This document shows, piece after piece, positions 1-13,242 of a stretch of 64,000 nucleotides of DNA. This DNA is from the human T2T-CHM13v2.0 reference genome, Homo sapiens, in NCBI RefSeq assembly GCF_009914755.1, contig NC_060927.1; one strand, written 5' to 3'. The notes beneath the pieces were generated by a model that saw only the letters and a program-made list of their open reading frames with translations, made no database searches and was not told the DNA's origin. A program made the position numbers and the translations under genes. Within the stretch, counting starts at the first letter, position 1. Each line of letters begins with the position of its first letter.

Positions 1-773
1 CCCCTACTCTTTATGTTAGTCAATATCCAGGCCAAATCATTGTCCTCTTCTCTCTCTTCCCCTTCCTCTTCCCCTCTCCTTTTCCACCTCTCTCCCAGAC
101 AAAGTCACCATGGCATGTTACAAAGAGCATTGGCCTTGCCACTTAAATATGGGATACTGAGTCAGGAGTAACCATTCCTAAAATGGGAATAAGGCCGTAG
201 CTCTCAAAGGTGACATTGGGTTAAGTGGGACGTGCACACTTAATCCATGGTAGTATTCTATACCCTTCAATGCTGGGTTCTGGGGCTACAAGCAGAGTAA
301 AATCCGATTCCTGTGTTGAGGACTAGGTCAGCAGTGGCAGAGGTGGAATGGGCCTTAAAACAAACAAACAAAGCCCCCTGCAAATCTAAAAGCATCAACC
401 ACATCTAATTTATTGTCACATTGAGTGAAACATGGAGCACTTTTAAGCCAAATAAGGTAGTGATAGAAAAGTAAAGAAGAAAACAGCCAGTAAAAATTTT
501 ATGAGACCAACCTGAAAGGACCAGCTTGGCCACCTGCTGTTTATAGTGCGGTTTCCTTATGGCTGTCTTTCTCTACAGGTGGACTATCATCTCCGAACAC
601 TCCTAAGAAATGGAAGATAGTCTCTTAAGAGGACAGCCCAGAGGTAGTTTGAGGAAACGTCTGACAGCAGGAAAAACAACTTCAGCAGATGCCCCTTTGG
701 CCAAAGCATGCTGTTAAAACTGACTCTACTGACACCTGGTGGAGAGTAGGGTAACTTCTCCCTGCTAAAGAGG

Positions 774-829
774 GTGTGTGTGTATGTGTGTGTGTGTGGG
801 GGGGGGGGGGTGTGTGGGGTGTGTGTGTG
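774..829. repeat. Compound (GT)n-G13-(GT)n microsatellite
   Basis: GT repeats flank a G13 run at 798-810. Confidence 0.95.
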
Positions 830-1348
830 ATGAACGGATTGGAAACACATTCATCATGTCAGGGAAATTAATTCCTAAGGAATGAGGGTACCATGCAGAA
901 CCACCAGATGCCAGAATATATAATTGTGGTTAGGTGACTCACTGAGACACATGCATGAAAAACAACAAACAAGAATGTGAAAATAAAACATTAAGACTGC
1001 AGCAAATGATTTATTATTGATTTTTAAAAAGAGTTTGATAATGAGTAAGACAATAACAAACAATCCACTCCCTTCTGCAACCCTGGATGGTGTCATAAGA
1101 AAAGACTCTAGTACTTGACCCCTTGATAGTATCATCTGAAATTTAAAAGAAAATTCAATCTTGTCCCAGGGAGACAGTGTCTCTCAGTCTGAGCCAGTGC
1201 TCTGCTGCCTCTGGAATCTGCAGTGAGCTCCTTCAGATTTTTAACCCTGGGATAAAAAGAATAATCTTCCTAAATGGAGTGTTATGAAGACTGCTGTGCT
1301 CCTGAAATTCCCTTGAAGATGAAAATAAAATTATCCTAATAAATATAA

Positions 1349-1759
<411 letters not shown>

Positions 1760-2013
1760 GCACATTAGGTTCTTGTTTAATTCTGCTTGGTAAAGGTTCT
1801 GTTGGCTCTTTATCAGAAATTCCAGTGGCTTTCTGTGAGGTGTCAGGTGCATGGTATAGCACACACAGCCTGAATTTGTCTTTCAACAGTGTGTATCAAA
1901 GGTGATTTTCAGGAATGCACCAGAGCAATTAGAGCAATCATTAGTTCCAATTTGCAAGAATTAATCCATCATATTTGGGACACTAAATGAGAATTTACAT
2001 CATCATTATTATT

Positions 2014-2090
2014 ATTTGATGGAGTCTTGCTATGTTGCCCAGGCTGGTCTCGGACTACTGGTCTTAAGCAATTCTCCTGTCTTGGCCTCT
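2014..2090 (-). mobile_element. Truncated Alu left monomer / FLAM
   Basis: GGAGTCTTGCTATGTTGCCCAGGCTGGTCTC; flanking direct repeat ATCATTATTATT at 2002-2013 and 2091-2102. Confidence 0.8.
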
Positions 2091-2352
2091 ATCATTATTA
2101 TTTATTATTTTGAAAAATCACAGGAGCCTTGGTTAAGGGTTGTCTCAGGGAGCTAGGATGGGTAGGTCTGGGTAGGAAGGTTATAAAGGAAAGAAGTCCC
2201 TCAAAGATGCATATAGTTCTAATTTTCTTTCAGCTTCTCCCCTGCTAATATTTAAATTTAGAATGTGTATTTCCTGCAATGTGATGGCTTGAATGCATGA
2301 TCCTGCCAGAATGTGTACAGTTAAACTATACCTGGGGACAGTCATGCTGTAA

Positions 2353-2606
2353 CAGAGATTCCCAACTTTCTCAGTGTATGTCACTCTTAGTGTTTCAGTA
2401 ATATTTTTTACGGTGACCCTAGGTCAAAAGAAATACTTAAATGCCCTGTTTATGAAGTTATGAGGTCCAAACAGCTTGACAGGTGGATTTGCATGGTGTC
2501 TGACAGTTGTTTCTGGGTTTCCCTCAAAAATTAAAAACATCCCACTGTATTTCTGTGGGGTTGCTGTGGTACCCAAGGTGCTCTGGTACAGATTTTGGGA
2601 ACCATG
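2353..2606. mobile_element. hAT-Charlie-type non-autonomous DNA transposon
   Basis: Terminal inverted repeats CAGAGATTCCCAA...TTGGGAACCATG; family not certain. Confidence 0.55.
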
Positions 2607-3189
2607 GCTATAACAGCTTTGAAAATCAGTGAAAAGTCTAGAAGTGTGATTTGCAGTATCTCCTTTCACCCCTCACTCTTTGTGAGACCATGGCCACAAC
2701 ATTTGACCTAAAGGTGCCATTAAAAAGTTTCATACAGCCAAGTGAGTCGGCCTGGCTTACCACTTGGTGTGGAGGATATGAGAAAGAGACACAGAGTGAA
2801 GTCTTAGCAGGATTTAAGGCAGTCCTGGGAATAAATCAGGCTTGGTTATTATTCAGTAGTTTACTGAGCCCGCGTCAAATGGGGAGGCTGTGACGAAGAA
2901 TCTAAAAAGTAAAAGAACACAGCCCTTATATAATCTGAGAAGAGGATGCAGTAAGTCAGATTATCACTGGAAATTACACGGATGCCAACCATAGCTGAGA
3001 AGCTGGCTAGATACTGAACACTTCACATTCTTAGGTGAAAATCAGACAAATGAGCACAAGATGTTCACCATGTTGGAAGAGTTGTACGAATACCTCAGTA
3101 GATGAATAAATGACCGGTTGCCTGCATTCCAATTCTGTGCTGCTTCTGACTTACAGGTAGCAAGGAGCTACCTATAGCATAAGCTAAAC

Positions 3190-3362
3190 TAGTGTCTTTC
3201 AAACTTTGGTGAGCATGTGAAGGGTTTGTTAAAACCAATTGCTGGGTTCCATTCCCAGAGTTTCTGATTCAGTTAGTTTGGGGTGCCTGAGAGTCTGCAT
3301 TTCTAACAAGTTCCTAGGTGATCTGGATATACTTTCCAGGGCCCACATGTTGAGAACCACCA
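3190..3362 (+). mobile_element. MER5A (hAT-Charlie MITE)
   Basis: CCCAGAGTTTCTGATTCAGT...TGCATTTCTAACAAGTTCC...TTGAGAACCAC. Confidence 0.8.
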
Positions 3363-4242
3363 GCCTGATCCATTTAAGAACATGTTGGAGGAACTAAGGT
3401 GCCATCCTGGTAGGCTGTACTCACTCAACACATGGCAGGCACCCCCACCTTTCCATCCTGACCAGCACACGGTCAGCCTTCTCTAGAATATTTCCAGTGA
3501 ACGGCAGCTTACTCTGGCCAACACGTCCAGCTGTGTTGGTGGACTGTGCCCACTGAGGGCCACTTGCATTTTAAATGGGCACACCTGAATTTGGGACGCT
3601 CAACTCCTGTGGCAACAAAACGGCAATGAGACACAATGGGAAGGGGAGTGTACCCATTGGGCACTTTGATTTTGTATTTTCCAAAAGATTGGCTTTGCAC
3701 TCTGCTTACTTGTAAGTATGGGGCACAACCACACAGGATGCAGAAAAAGCATTCTCAGTTCTCAAGGAGGGTTTTCACGGCAGAATCATCTGAGGAGCTT
3801 TGCTCACCGTCTCCAGGCCTGGGCCCAATAATGCGTACTTAGAAAAGCCACTCAGGTGATTCCACTGAGACCTTCTGCTCATGGGAGAAGTGCTTGAGTT
3901 TGAGCGTGGAGACAGGTCACCCTACTGTCCTCTTAACCCTACAGCCATTTGCTCTGCCACTGCGAGGCCACATGTGTATGTCTTACTGTATTATGTCCTG
4001 CTCAACTTCCTCAGGCCTACAGAGAAATCTATTCTTGTGCCTCTTGTCACCCTTCCTTGGATGGTGGCAGTCATGGCCAGTGTGATCTATCCAAAGCACG
4101 TTGCCAATTAACACTCATTAGCTAGGTGCTAGAGAACAGATCCAAAAAGGGGTACCTGCTATTGCACCAACAAACCAAGTGCACCTTTCTAGTGGACTTC
4201 TGTATTGAACCCTCCTTGCCTGCCCCTTGTACTTATTTTCTT

Positions 4243-4407
4243 AGAGCGGGGTTCTCAAAGTATGCAGGCAGCAGAATCAGATCACTTGGGAACAAGATGG
4301 CAATGCAGATGCACCGCCTCTATCCCAGACCTAATGAGTTATAAACTCTGAAGGTGGGGTTCGGGTCCTATGTTTCTGATGCACGCCTGAGTGTGAGAAC
4401 TACTGCT
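4243..4407 (-). mobile_element. MER5-family MITE
   Basis: GTTCTCAAAGT...ATGCAGAT...CCCAGACCTA...GAGAACTACTG. Confidence 0.6.
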
Positions 4408-5534
4408 TTATAGTATTGGTGCACTCCCCTGCCCATCGCCACAAATTAGAAGGTCTTCAAAAGGTAGGGACCACTCTCCTTCCTCCCCCCACAAGTTAGC
4501 ACACTGATCAGTGCATAGTAGGAACTCAAAAAACATGAGTTATTTCTTGAAGCTAGGGCAGCTGTACTGCCTGCTCACAAGAGTGAATAAACACTCCCTT
4601 GGCGTGCCACCTCTGAGAGGTTGCCAACACTGGGTCTAAATTATCTCCCATTTCTTATGGGTTGTATTTTCCATATTTACAAATCAGCTTTCCCTAAATC
4701 CTCTCCAAGTTTTTTACATTCTTTTCAGCTCAGGAAGCCAAAAACAAGATGGCATGTTTTAGCCAATGTCTGTTTCCTGCTGGGAGGGGGAAGGGCATTT
4801 CTGCATGATTCTTAAATTCCATGCTCCCAGCATGGTGATTATTTTCCGAACAATAGAACCAGATTGCTGATTCATGTTCGGCTCACGGCTCCAAGCATTT
4901 TTTTTTTCCTGCTGTACTTGTACCGATGCAACACAATAATGTTCTATTCATCCCTCTGAATTAGAAATGCCAGCAGCTCAGATATGCAACTGAAGAATCC
5001 CCCCTCCCCTCTGGCTTATTTAAAGCCTTCCCACAAATAACACATTTTGAAATATTAGACGGTGCTCACTTTGAGCCATTTGGCTTGGGCAAGGACAGTT
5101 AAACCTTATTTTTTTCTCAGCTGCTCCTTGCACAATGCCTGGCCCACTGTCACTATTATTCTTAAACACTGTTTGTTGAGTGAATCACATACCTTCTTCT
5201 TGAGGTTCTAGCCTTATCCTTCTCTTCTGCCCTAATATATTACAATAAGCCCTTTCTTAGGTGCAGAGAGAAAGCCTTGCTCTCACATTCAGAGGCTCGT
5301 GTTTGCATCCAGCCAAAGAATGAGATTGACCTCAAGGTCTGATGATCCAGGTGGGCTCCAGCCAGCCCCATCCCAGTTTGCACACTGTCTGCAGCACCAG
5401 TCCTGCCACTGCTATAGCAGCAAGATTTTTGGCTGCCTCTCAGCACAGCTTTGCCAATGAGCAAGAGGGGTCATCTGTGGGGTTTTGTTTCCTAGCTGCA
5501 AAGTCAAATCAGGGGGACTACTTAGTGCTCTGAA

Positions 5535-5713
5535 AGCTCTCATGGTCAACCTGGCTTTCACATCAAAATCACCTGCGCACCTTTGAAAAAAAAAAAAAAA
5601 AAAAAAATCCCAGTGCCCAGGTGCACTCCAGGCCAATTAGTGTCTGTAGCTCAGGCCTCAGTTTGTAAAGCAGCGTGGGTGATTCTGATGCCCAGCCAAG
5701 ATTGAGAGCCACT
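5535..5713. mobile_element. MER5-family MITE with internal A22 run
   Basis: AATCACCTG...GGTGATTCTGATG...TTGAGAGCCACT; A22 at 5586-5607. Confidence 0.6.
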
Positions 5714-5814
5714 TAGGTTTAGAGGCCCTAAAGTAGCCTCTGAAGTAGTATCCAGGGGTCTCCTGCATCTGCCCTTGCCCCTTCTCATCTCTGTTTAAAA
5801 TGGCATTCCAACAG

Positions 5815-6375
5815 TTAGGATACGATTCCGCTCCTGTCACCCCTCTGCTCAAAATCCCACTGTGGCTCCCACAAGGATCTGCCCCATCTGCCTCTCTGTC
5901 TCTCCTCTCCCAGTTTCAGCTTCACCAACTCCTTCCTCTTCCTCGAACGTGTCATATGTGCCCCCTACAAGAGGGCCTTTTGCGTCAGGATTTTTCCTTG
6001 CCTGAAATGCTCATGCCTCCAACACCTGCTTGGGTCCCTCCCTCACCTCCATTAAGGGTTGAACACCTGAAGTTCTCGGGATGCCTATTTGAACATCCCA
6101 GTGCTGTCACCTGCCCCTTCCCTGGGCACGGCGCTTCCCAATACCCCTTATCTTCCTCTCCTGTCTCTCTTTGCCATAGTACTTAGTGTCTTTTAACATG
6201 CTGTACATTTTACTTCTGTGCTTTGCTGCTGCTGTTGTTGACTGTTTTTTCTCCCTCTGCTAGGAAGTCAGCTTTACGGGGACAGGGATCTTTTTCATTC
6301 TGTTCACTGATGACCCCAAGTGCTAACACAGTGTGTAGTTCATAGCAGGCCCTTAGTAAATACTCGTTAAATGGA
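5815..6375 (+). mobile_element. L2 3' end
   Basis: TGTCACCCCTCTGCTCAAAATCC...GGGACAGGGATC...TGTTCACTG...AGTAAATACTCGTTAAATG. Confidence 0.75.
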
Positions 6376-6544
6376 GAACACCCTTGTTGGGGGTGCTAGG
6401 GACAGGTGCTGAATGGAGGAAGGGAGGCCCAGTGACACAAAAGGAAATAAATTTTCTCAAAAATGACAGATTTTGAGGAAACACTTATTAAATTCTAATT
6501 ATGAGGAGTTGCCAGGCAATGTCTAGGTTAAAAAAAATGCACAC

Positions 6545-6793
6545 TATAGAGACAGGAAGCGGACGAGTGGTCAGCTAGGGCTGGGTGGTGGGGGTGAGGG
6601 ATTGGTTTAAGGATGGGGAGTGACTGCTCATGGATACAAGGGATCCTTTTGGGGTGGATGAAGGTATCCTGAAAGGAGACTGTGGTGACGGCAGTATATA
6701 AATGGCTGTAAATACACCAAAATCCAGTGAACTATATATTTTCAATGGGTAAACTTTGTTATATAAATTACATCTCAATAAAACTGTTAAAAA
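6545..6793 (+). mobile_element. Old L1 (L1M) 3' end
   Basis: GGAGTGACTGCTCATGGATAC...TTACATCTCAATAAAACTGTTAAAAA. Confidence 0.75.
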
Positions 6794-8143
6794 TACACAC
6801 CTAACTGAAGCATCATACAGGGTGTTAAAGACAGAGCTGAAAAAGAAATAGGCTATTATTATTTCTTGTCAGGCATGTGGATTTTCTCTGGCTTGAGTTT
6901 TGAATTGGGAGTGAGAGAGAACCTTCCTTATCTCTCATTTGCTGCCAGAGACATCTATTTATTGGTAAAGAAATGTAATTGAAACTTCTTGATCAAGGCC
7001 TACCTCAAGAGCAATTTATTTGGATTAAATGGCTTTCCTTAATAACTTCCACATCTATCAAAATTCTGCAGTCTTTTCTAGGCCTCCAGGTCAGTTTTGG
7101 AAAACAAGCAGCTACTTTGTATGAAACTGAACTTTGACACTTTTGAACTTATAATGCCAAGGAAAACTCCAGGCATGTTGACATCAGTACCATCTGCTGA
7201 TGGGCAATTGCTCCACACAAACAGAGCTCAAAGTGTCTGTGGCAGTGAACTGAGATGTTGCTTAGCTAGCAGCCCTGTGAATCTTCCTCCCGAGAACTCA
7301 CTGATGTTATGGTAATCTAATAACATATATGGAACAATAACAGCACATTGCAATGAAAATGCTGCATGGTTACAACTCAATGAAGACCATTCTCCCTCTT
7401 CTGGGAGCTTAACAGCATACCTTGTTAAGCTGTGAAGGGGGAAACTTTCTTTCTGCTCTTCTGCCTGTTTCTCTGCTCAAAATCTTGACATATGCCCATC
7501 AGTGCACAAAGGGTCTGTTTGAACAAAGGTCAGGAGGCTATCCAGAGTCCTGGCTTCAACCTTCTCTTTTGGGAATCCCTAAGATGTGAGCAACGTGATG
7601 ATATGAGAAGACTCTTGGGGACTGCTGCTATGTGTCTGGAGAACTCCTGAGGAGGACACAGTCACTATGCCATTAATAATTAGAATGTTTGAATGAATGG
7701 TAAGTTTTCTGCTCATTGATGAAACAGAGGGCCAGAGGACTGAGAAACTTGCCCTTTGTGACCCAGCTGGCAAGGGGAAAGAGTTAGACTGCCAACCACA
7801 ACAAATGCTTTTAACTGCTAAGCCATTCTGCATCCCACCTGCAAGGTGCACATCACTCAGCTGGGTGCCATGATGGGTGCAGAGATGACTAAGCCCCACC
7901 CCTTTCCTTCTGACAGATATTGACTGGTAGAGAAGACGGGATGTGCACAAACAATTCTAATTAGGGGAGGCTGTATTTAATACTCTGTCAGAAGTGCAGA
8001 GGGCCATTAGTGTGTGTGAAAGGGAAAGAATAACAAAAAAACCCAACTTTACAAAACATGGACACTCCACAGATTACCATGCCTCCCCGCACAGGGACCA
8101 CGCCAATTTTCTCTGTCAAGATCCAGCTATAAACTGAGGGCCT

Positions 8144-8455
<312 letters not shown>

Positions 8456-8607
8456 AAACAGAGGGTCTTTCATAATGTGGGTTACGTAAAGTGTAGTTTA
8501 TTGGGTTGGTATCATTCTGACCATGCAATCTGGATGCTTGGACAGAATAGCTACATCAGCTTGTTTTAATATCATTTGTACATGTGTCCCCAAAGAAGAT
8601 AGCATGT

Positions 8608-8713
8608 CCCTTACGGAGATGTTGTAGGAATTAAATGAGTTCATGCAAGAAAAGGGCTTAGGATAGTACCTTGCACATAGTAAGTGCTCAATAAATGTGA
8701 GTTGTTATTGTTA
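8608..8713 (+). mobile_element. MIR 3' part
   Basis: ATTAAATGAG...GCACATAGTAAGTGCTCAATAAATG. Confidence 0.75.
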
Positions 8714-9804
8714 TGCATAGTTAAGCCTAGGTTCTGGATAACTGAGTATTGGGTACCAGAGACCTAATTCCGTAGGGTCCTGGTCATTTTGTTACACACC
8801 AAGAGAAGAGCTGGCATGTGAAGTGTGTTCCTTTCATGGGGTTTCAAGAAAGAAGGCAGTGGAACACTCACTAAGTGCCACTGTTGCCTACTGAGAACTT
8901 GATTTACTTCATGCACTGGTTGTACGGTTGCAGTTTTTGAAAAGGGCATGGTATTGATATTTCTCAGTGTGAAATGATTTCTTATATAATAGTTGGTAAC
9001 ATTAGGAAAGAGTGGGATTTCTATTCTCTAGCATGATACTGAGTAGAAGAGATTTAATGACGGGATAACCCAGTTCTTTGGGGGCAGCAGCATTTGCATA
9101 ACTGACTCTTTTCAGCAATTCTGCAACAATTAATAGGAACCATTTGATGTCTCTGTTGGGACTTCAACTAACGCTTTCCCAGTGAGAGAATATTTAGAAG
9201 AATATTTTCACAACTTTACTTTCCCTCAAAAAATATAGTTTTGATCCCAAAATGATAGTTTTTATAGGTGTAATTTGGAATGCCTCAGTTGTACCATCTC
9301 TAGAGTCAAGAAAAAGTTTATCATAAACAAGGCCCACTTAATGACTAATTTTTGTACATGAAAAGGAAAGACAGTGGATCTTGGTCATCAATTTGTATTG
9401 TTGATTTTACCTACTATAAACAAACATGAACTATTTCACTTTTCAGAAAAAAATTCATGTAATTTGAAAACAAAGATTACCAGAGAAAGAGGAATTAATC
9501 TCTTTCTAAAATGCCAAAGAAATATTGCGGATCCCATATGATATGCTTGAATGTGTTTCTGGAGTCACTTCTTAGCTCCATGGCAAAGGCCAACTAGACA
9601 AAACGTGGCTCTTGGCTTTGAGTAGAAATCTACAACAAATGTAAAGAGTTTCTATTTGTTGTGTTCAATGAAATTGAGTACAGAAAAAAGAAAATAACAA
9701 TACTTCTTTATGATGAATAAATATCTTAATCACCATACATCTTACACATGTGTGCACGGTTTCCTAAAAAGTAAGAATAGTAATGATGATAACAATAAAG
9801 GCGA

Positions 9805-10280
9805 TAATAGCAATAGCAGCTAACATTTGTTGAGTGCTTGCTATGTTCTAAAGGGTTCTGATAAGTTCTAGGGAACCTGCTAAGGATTCTGCTGCCTCCT
9901 TTATTACTCTTATTACTTGTATTCTCAACCTATGACGTAGGTGGTACCATCCACATTTTACAGTTGGGGGAACTAAAGTTAAGAGATGTGACTCCCTTGC
10001 CCAAAACTGCAAGAATTTTAAAGTGGGAGAGACAGGGAGCAAATCCTTTATGCTCTAAATCACTAAACTTGACTGCATCTTGCAAGAATAATAATGATTA
10101 CATGCATTTATATTGCCTTTTTACACTGTATTTTTTCATTTGATGCTTACAACCTCATTTTATCATCTCTTTTACAGATGAGGAAGCTGAGGCTCAGATG
10201 TTAAATGTCTAAAGATAAATACTGGTACATGGGGAAGTCAGGACCCAAAAATATGCCTCCTGACCCCAAATCCAAGCTTC
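9805..10280 (-). mobile_element. Two adjacent MIR fragments
   Basis: GCTAACATTTGTTGAGTGCTT; core TTTTACAGATGAGGAAGCTGAGGCTCAG. Confidence 0.7.
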
Positions 10281-11006
10281 TTTGTGAAGAATTAGAGCTT
10301 CAATCTTTTCTGAATGAAAGGTCCTAAGAATTTTCTACAATTTTTCTATGAGCAAAAATCACATCTATGGGATATATATACTTCAAAAATAAAGTTTATA
10401 GCTCAGAATATCAAGCAACCAAATTTTTAATATATAAAGCACAGGATTTGGCTAGGCTGAAACCAATTATTTGAAAAGTTTACTCTTGATGAGTCTGGAA
10501 TTTTTCACATGGCCAACCCTGTATCAGTGAGACACATTACTTAAGTGGCAGGAAAACCTTTCTTTTTGGATATGAGACATTTCTGAGTTCAGTAAAGGTT
10601 ACATGGTTTCTCAGAAAATTAGAACTTCTATTAATAATCAGTGCTCCATTTGATTAGGATATTATTCCTATTACTTTGAGGTCAAATTCATAAGAATGGA
10701 CCCTAACAGTACACGAACTGGGTAGGAGTATATACAAATGAACTGCCCTTGAACCCTAACCCCACGCATTGAGCTATCAGGCTCAACCCCATATTGATGC
10801 TGCTGGAGACATTTCTAAAGGGACTACAAATGAATACTCCTCTAATAAAGAAAATACTCTTTTCTCGAAAAGCCAAGAGATATTTGGAAATTTAGGACAT
10901 CAGTAGTTGTTTAAAGGAAAGGTTTGGAATAGTACAATGAATAAAGCTGGTTAGCTGCCATTTATAAAACTACTGAGTTTTTGACCCAAAAGCTGGGTGC
11001 TAGTTT

Positions 11007-11544
11007 GTTACCTGTTGCCCGTCAGCTCCAGATCCACCCTTCTTTGCTCTATTCTGTGATGCTGGGGCTGGGATGTGGCTATTTCCCAGAGTCCCTTGCC
11101 AGAGGGCTTTCTATTCACTGGAAGAAGACTGGAAGGTGAGGAGAAGGAACTTCCTTTCTCCTTTTTCATGCCCCAGGAGCATCCTCCAGTAGTCACTGCT
11201 GTCTGGAGTATGGGCCTCTTTCTACATTTCCAAAACCAGTCCCTTTGCGTCCCTCAGAGGTTCTAGCAGCAGCTGGTTGGCTTCCTTTCTTAGTGGTCCA
11301 AGCACCAGCTCCACAGGACTACTTCCTTGAGTTCTTAGGTCCTACTAATTTCATCTCCTCTTTTTGTTTCCCAACTCTGAGGGTGACAGCTACTTCTTGC
11401 AATTGGGTTCCCTCAGTGTTCCTTTTTGCTCTTTTAGTGCTTTAGTGCTCCAATTCCGATGTAACAACCAATTCCCTGAACTAAATCCTTCTGTTTGAAT
11501 TACCTAGTGTGATTTTGTTTCCTCTCTGGATCCTGACTGCTGCA
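11007..11544 (+). mobile_element. ERVL solo LTR, LTR33-like
   Basis: TG...CA ends; CAGCTCCAGATCCACCC start; TACCTAGTGTGATTTTGTTTCCT...CCTGACTG end. Confidence 0.65.
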
Positions 11545-12376
11545 TGTCAGTGCTACACTTGTAAAAGTGCAGTAGCAGAAACAACACCGTTGACTTAATG
11601 CAAATCTGTTTCTGCTAAGTGTGAGAAATTATTATTTCCAGCAAAGAGCCAGCATGTGTGAGAAATGATAAGGCCCAATCCAAAGGATAGTAGAGTAGAA
11701 GGCTTCAAAGGATCAAACTTTTAAAAATTCTTATTTTTTTTTGCATAAAAATGATTCCTGATCACCTTGGAAATGTTTGAAAACAGAAAGTATAAAGGAG
11801 AAACAATTAAAACCCACCATAGAGTTAACCACTAACAAACTATCAGTGGATAGTTTGGCATATTCTTTCTGATCTTTTCCCCCTTATACTTCTAATACTT
11901 TAAGGTGATAATTATTTTAAACCAACCCTTGTTCTCTAGTATTTTCACATGGCAGTATGAAGAATTAAACTCTTAGAGCGATATAACCTTGCCACATCAC
12001 AAGAAAACTTGTTCCTTCTACTTTGGGACTGGATCACTCTGGCAAGGGCTGCTTACCTCTAACCCAGAACTTAAACAATCAATGGCTAGGGCCACAGACT
12101 CCCATCTCTGGTATATCTGTTATACCTTCTCAGTTGGATTCATAAAGTAAACAAGAAATCTGTACACATTCAGGAGGAATACTTAATACATTATGAGCTG
12201 GCTCCAGGAGTGAGTCTATGAAAAATTTTGAAAGAATATAGAACTCAACAGTCTGCTCTATAAGGAGTGGCATGTTTGGACAGAGAGGTGGGGCAAATGT
12301 CAGTGCTAATTACCCTGGTCTGCAACACCTATTTCATATTTTGCTACTTCACTCATTCATTTATTCACAACAACTA

Positions 12377-12513
12377 TTAGGCCGGGGCAAAAGTAATTGC
12401 TGTTTTTGCTAGTATTTCCACATGGCACCATGAAGAATTAAACTCTTAGAGTGATATAGTCTTCACCATTACTTTTAATGGCAGAAACTGCAGTTACTTT
12501 TGCACCAACCTAG
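12377..12513. mobile_element. MADE1 (Hsmar1 MITE) with 57-bp internal insertion
   Basis: TA TSDs at 12375-76 and 12514-15; arms of 33+47 bp give the 80-bp MADE1; insert at 12410-12466; lies in an antisense L2 tail. Confidence 0.9.
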
Positions 12514-12928
12514 TACCAGAGTATCTACCAAAGGTGAGGGCAAAGCACTGTGTTAGTTGCTGGGCACAGAAATAAGACATGACTGTTGGTCTTTTTACAC
12601 AAAATTCATAGTTATAAGAAACAAAATCCAGAAAGAAGAAATTAAAAGATCAAGCACATATATCCTCATGTCACTTTTCTTAACTAATAAAACATCTTAG
12701 TATTAGATGCATTTGTTCTTGCCTAACCCTCAGGTATACCTGTCACCAATTCCCTGTACCCCTTGAGAAGTCTCCAACTTTGAGATCTTCTCATAGCTCG
12801 CAGGTAGTATTGACTGCCTGTTGGTGCAATGTTTCAGTCTCCATCTGCCTTAAAATTATTTATCAGGTAGAAAATAGATATAACCATACATTATGCTCCA
12901 AGTAACATAGTACTGAAATGTATGAAGT

Positions 12929-13228
12929 GCCGGGCATGGTAACTCATGCCTGTAATCCCAGCACTTTGGGAGGCTGAGGCAGGAGGATTGCTTGAGGCCA
13001 AGAGTTCAAGAGTAGCCTGGACAATATAATGAGACCTCATCTCTACAAAAATTTTAAAATCAAATTAGCTGGGCACAGTGGTGTACACCTATAGTCTCAG
13101 CTACAGGAGAGACTAAGGTGAGAGGATCCCTTGAGCCTTGGCGTTTGAGGCTGCAGTGAGCTATGGTTGCACCACTGTACTCCAGCCTGGGCAACAGAGT
13201 GAGATCCTGTCTCTTAAAAAGAAAAAGA
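12929..13228 (+). mobile_element. AluJ
   Basis: GGAGGATTGCTTGAGGCCAAGAG J-type left arm; TSD GAAATGTATGAAGT / GAAATAGATGAAGT. Confidence 0.92.
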
Positions 13229-13242
13229 GAAATAGATGAAGT

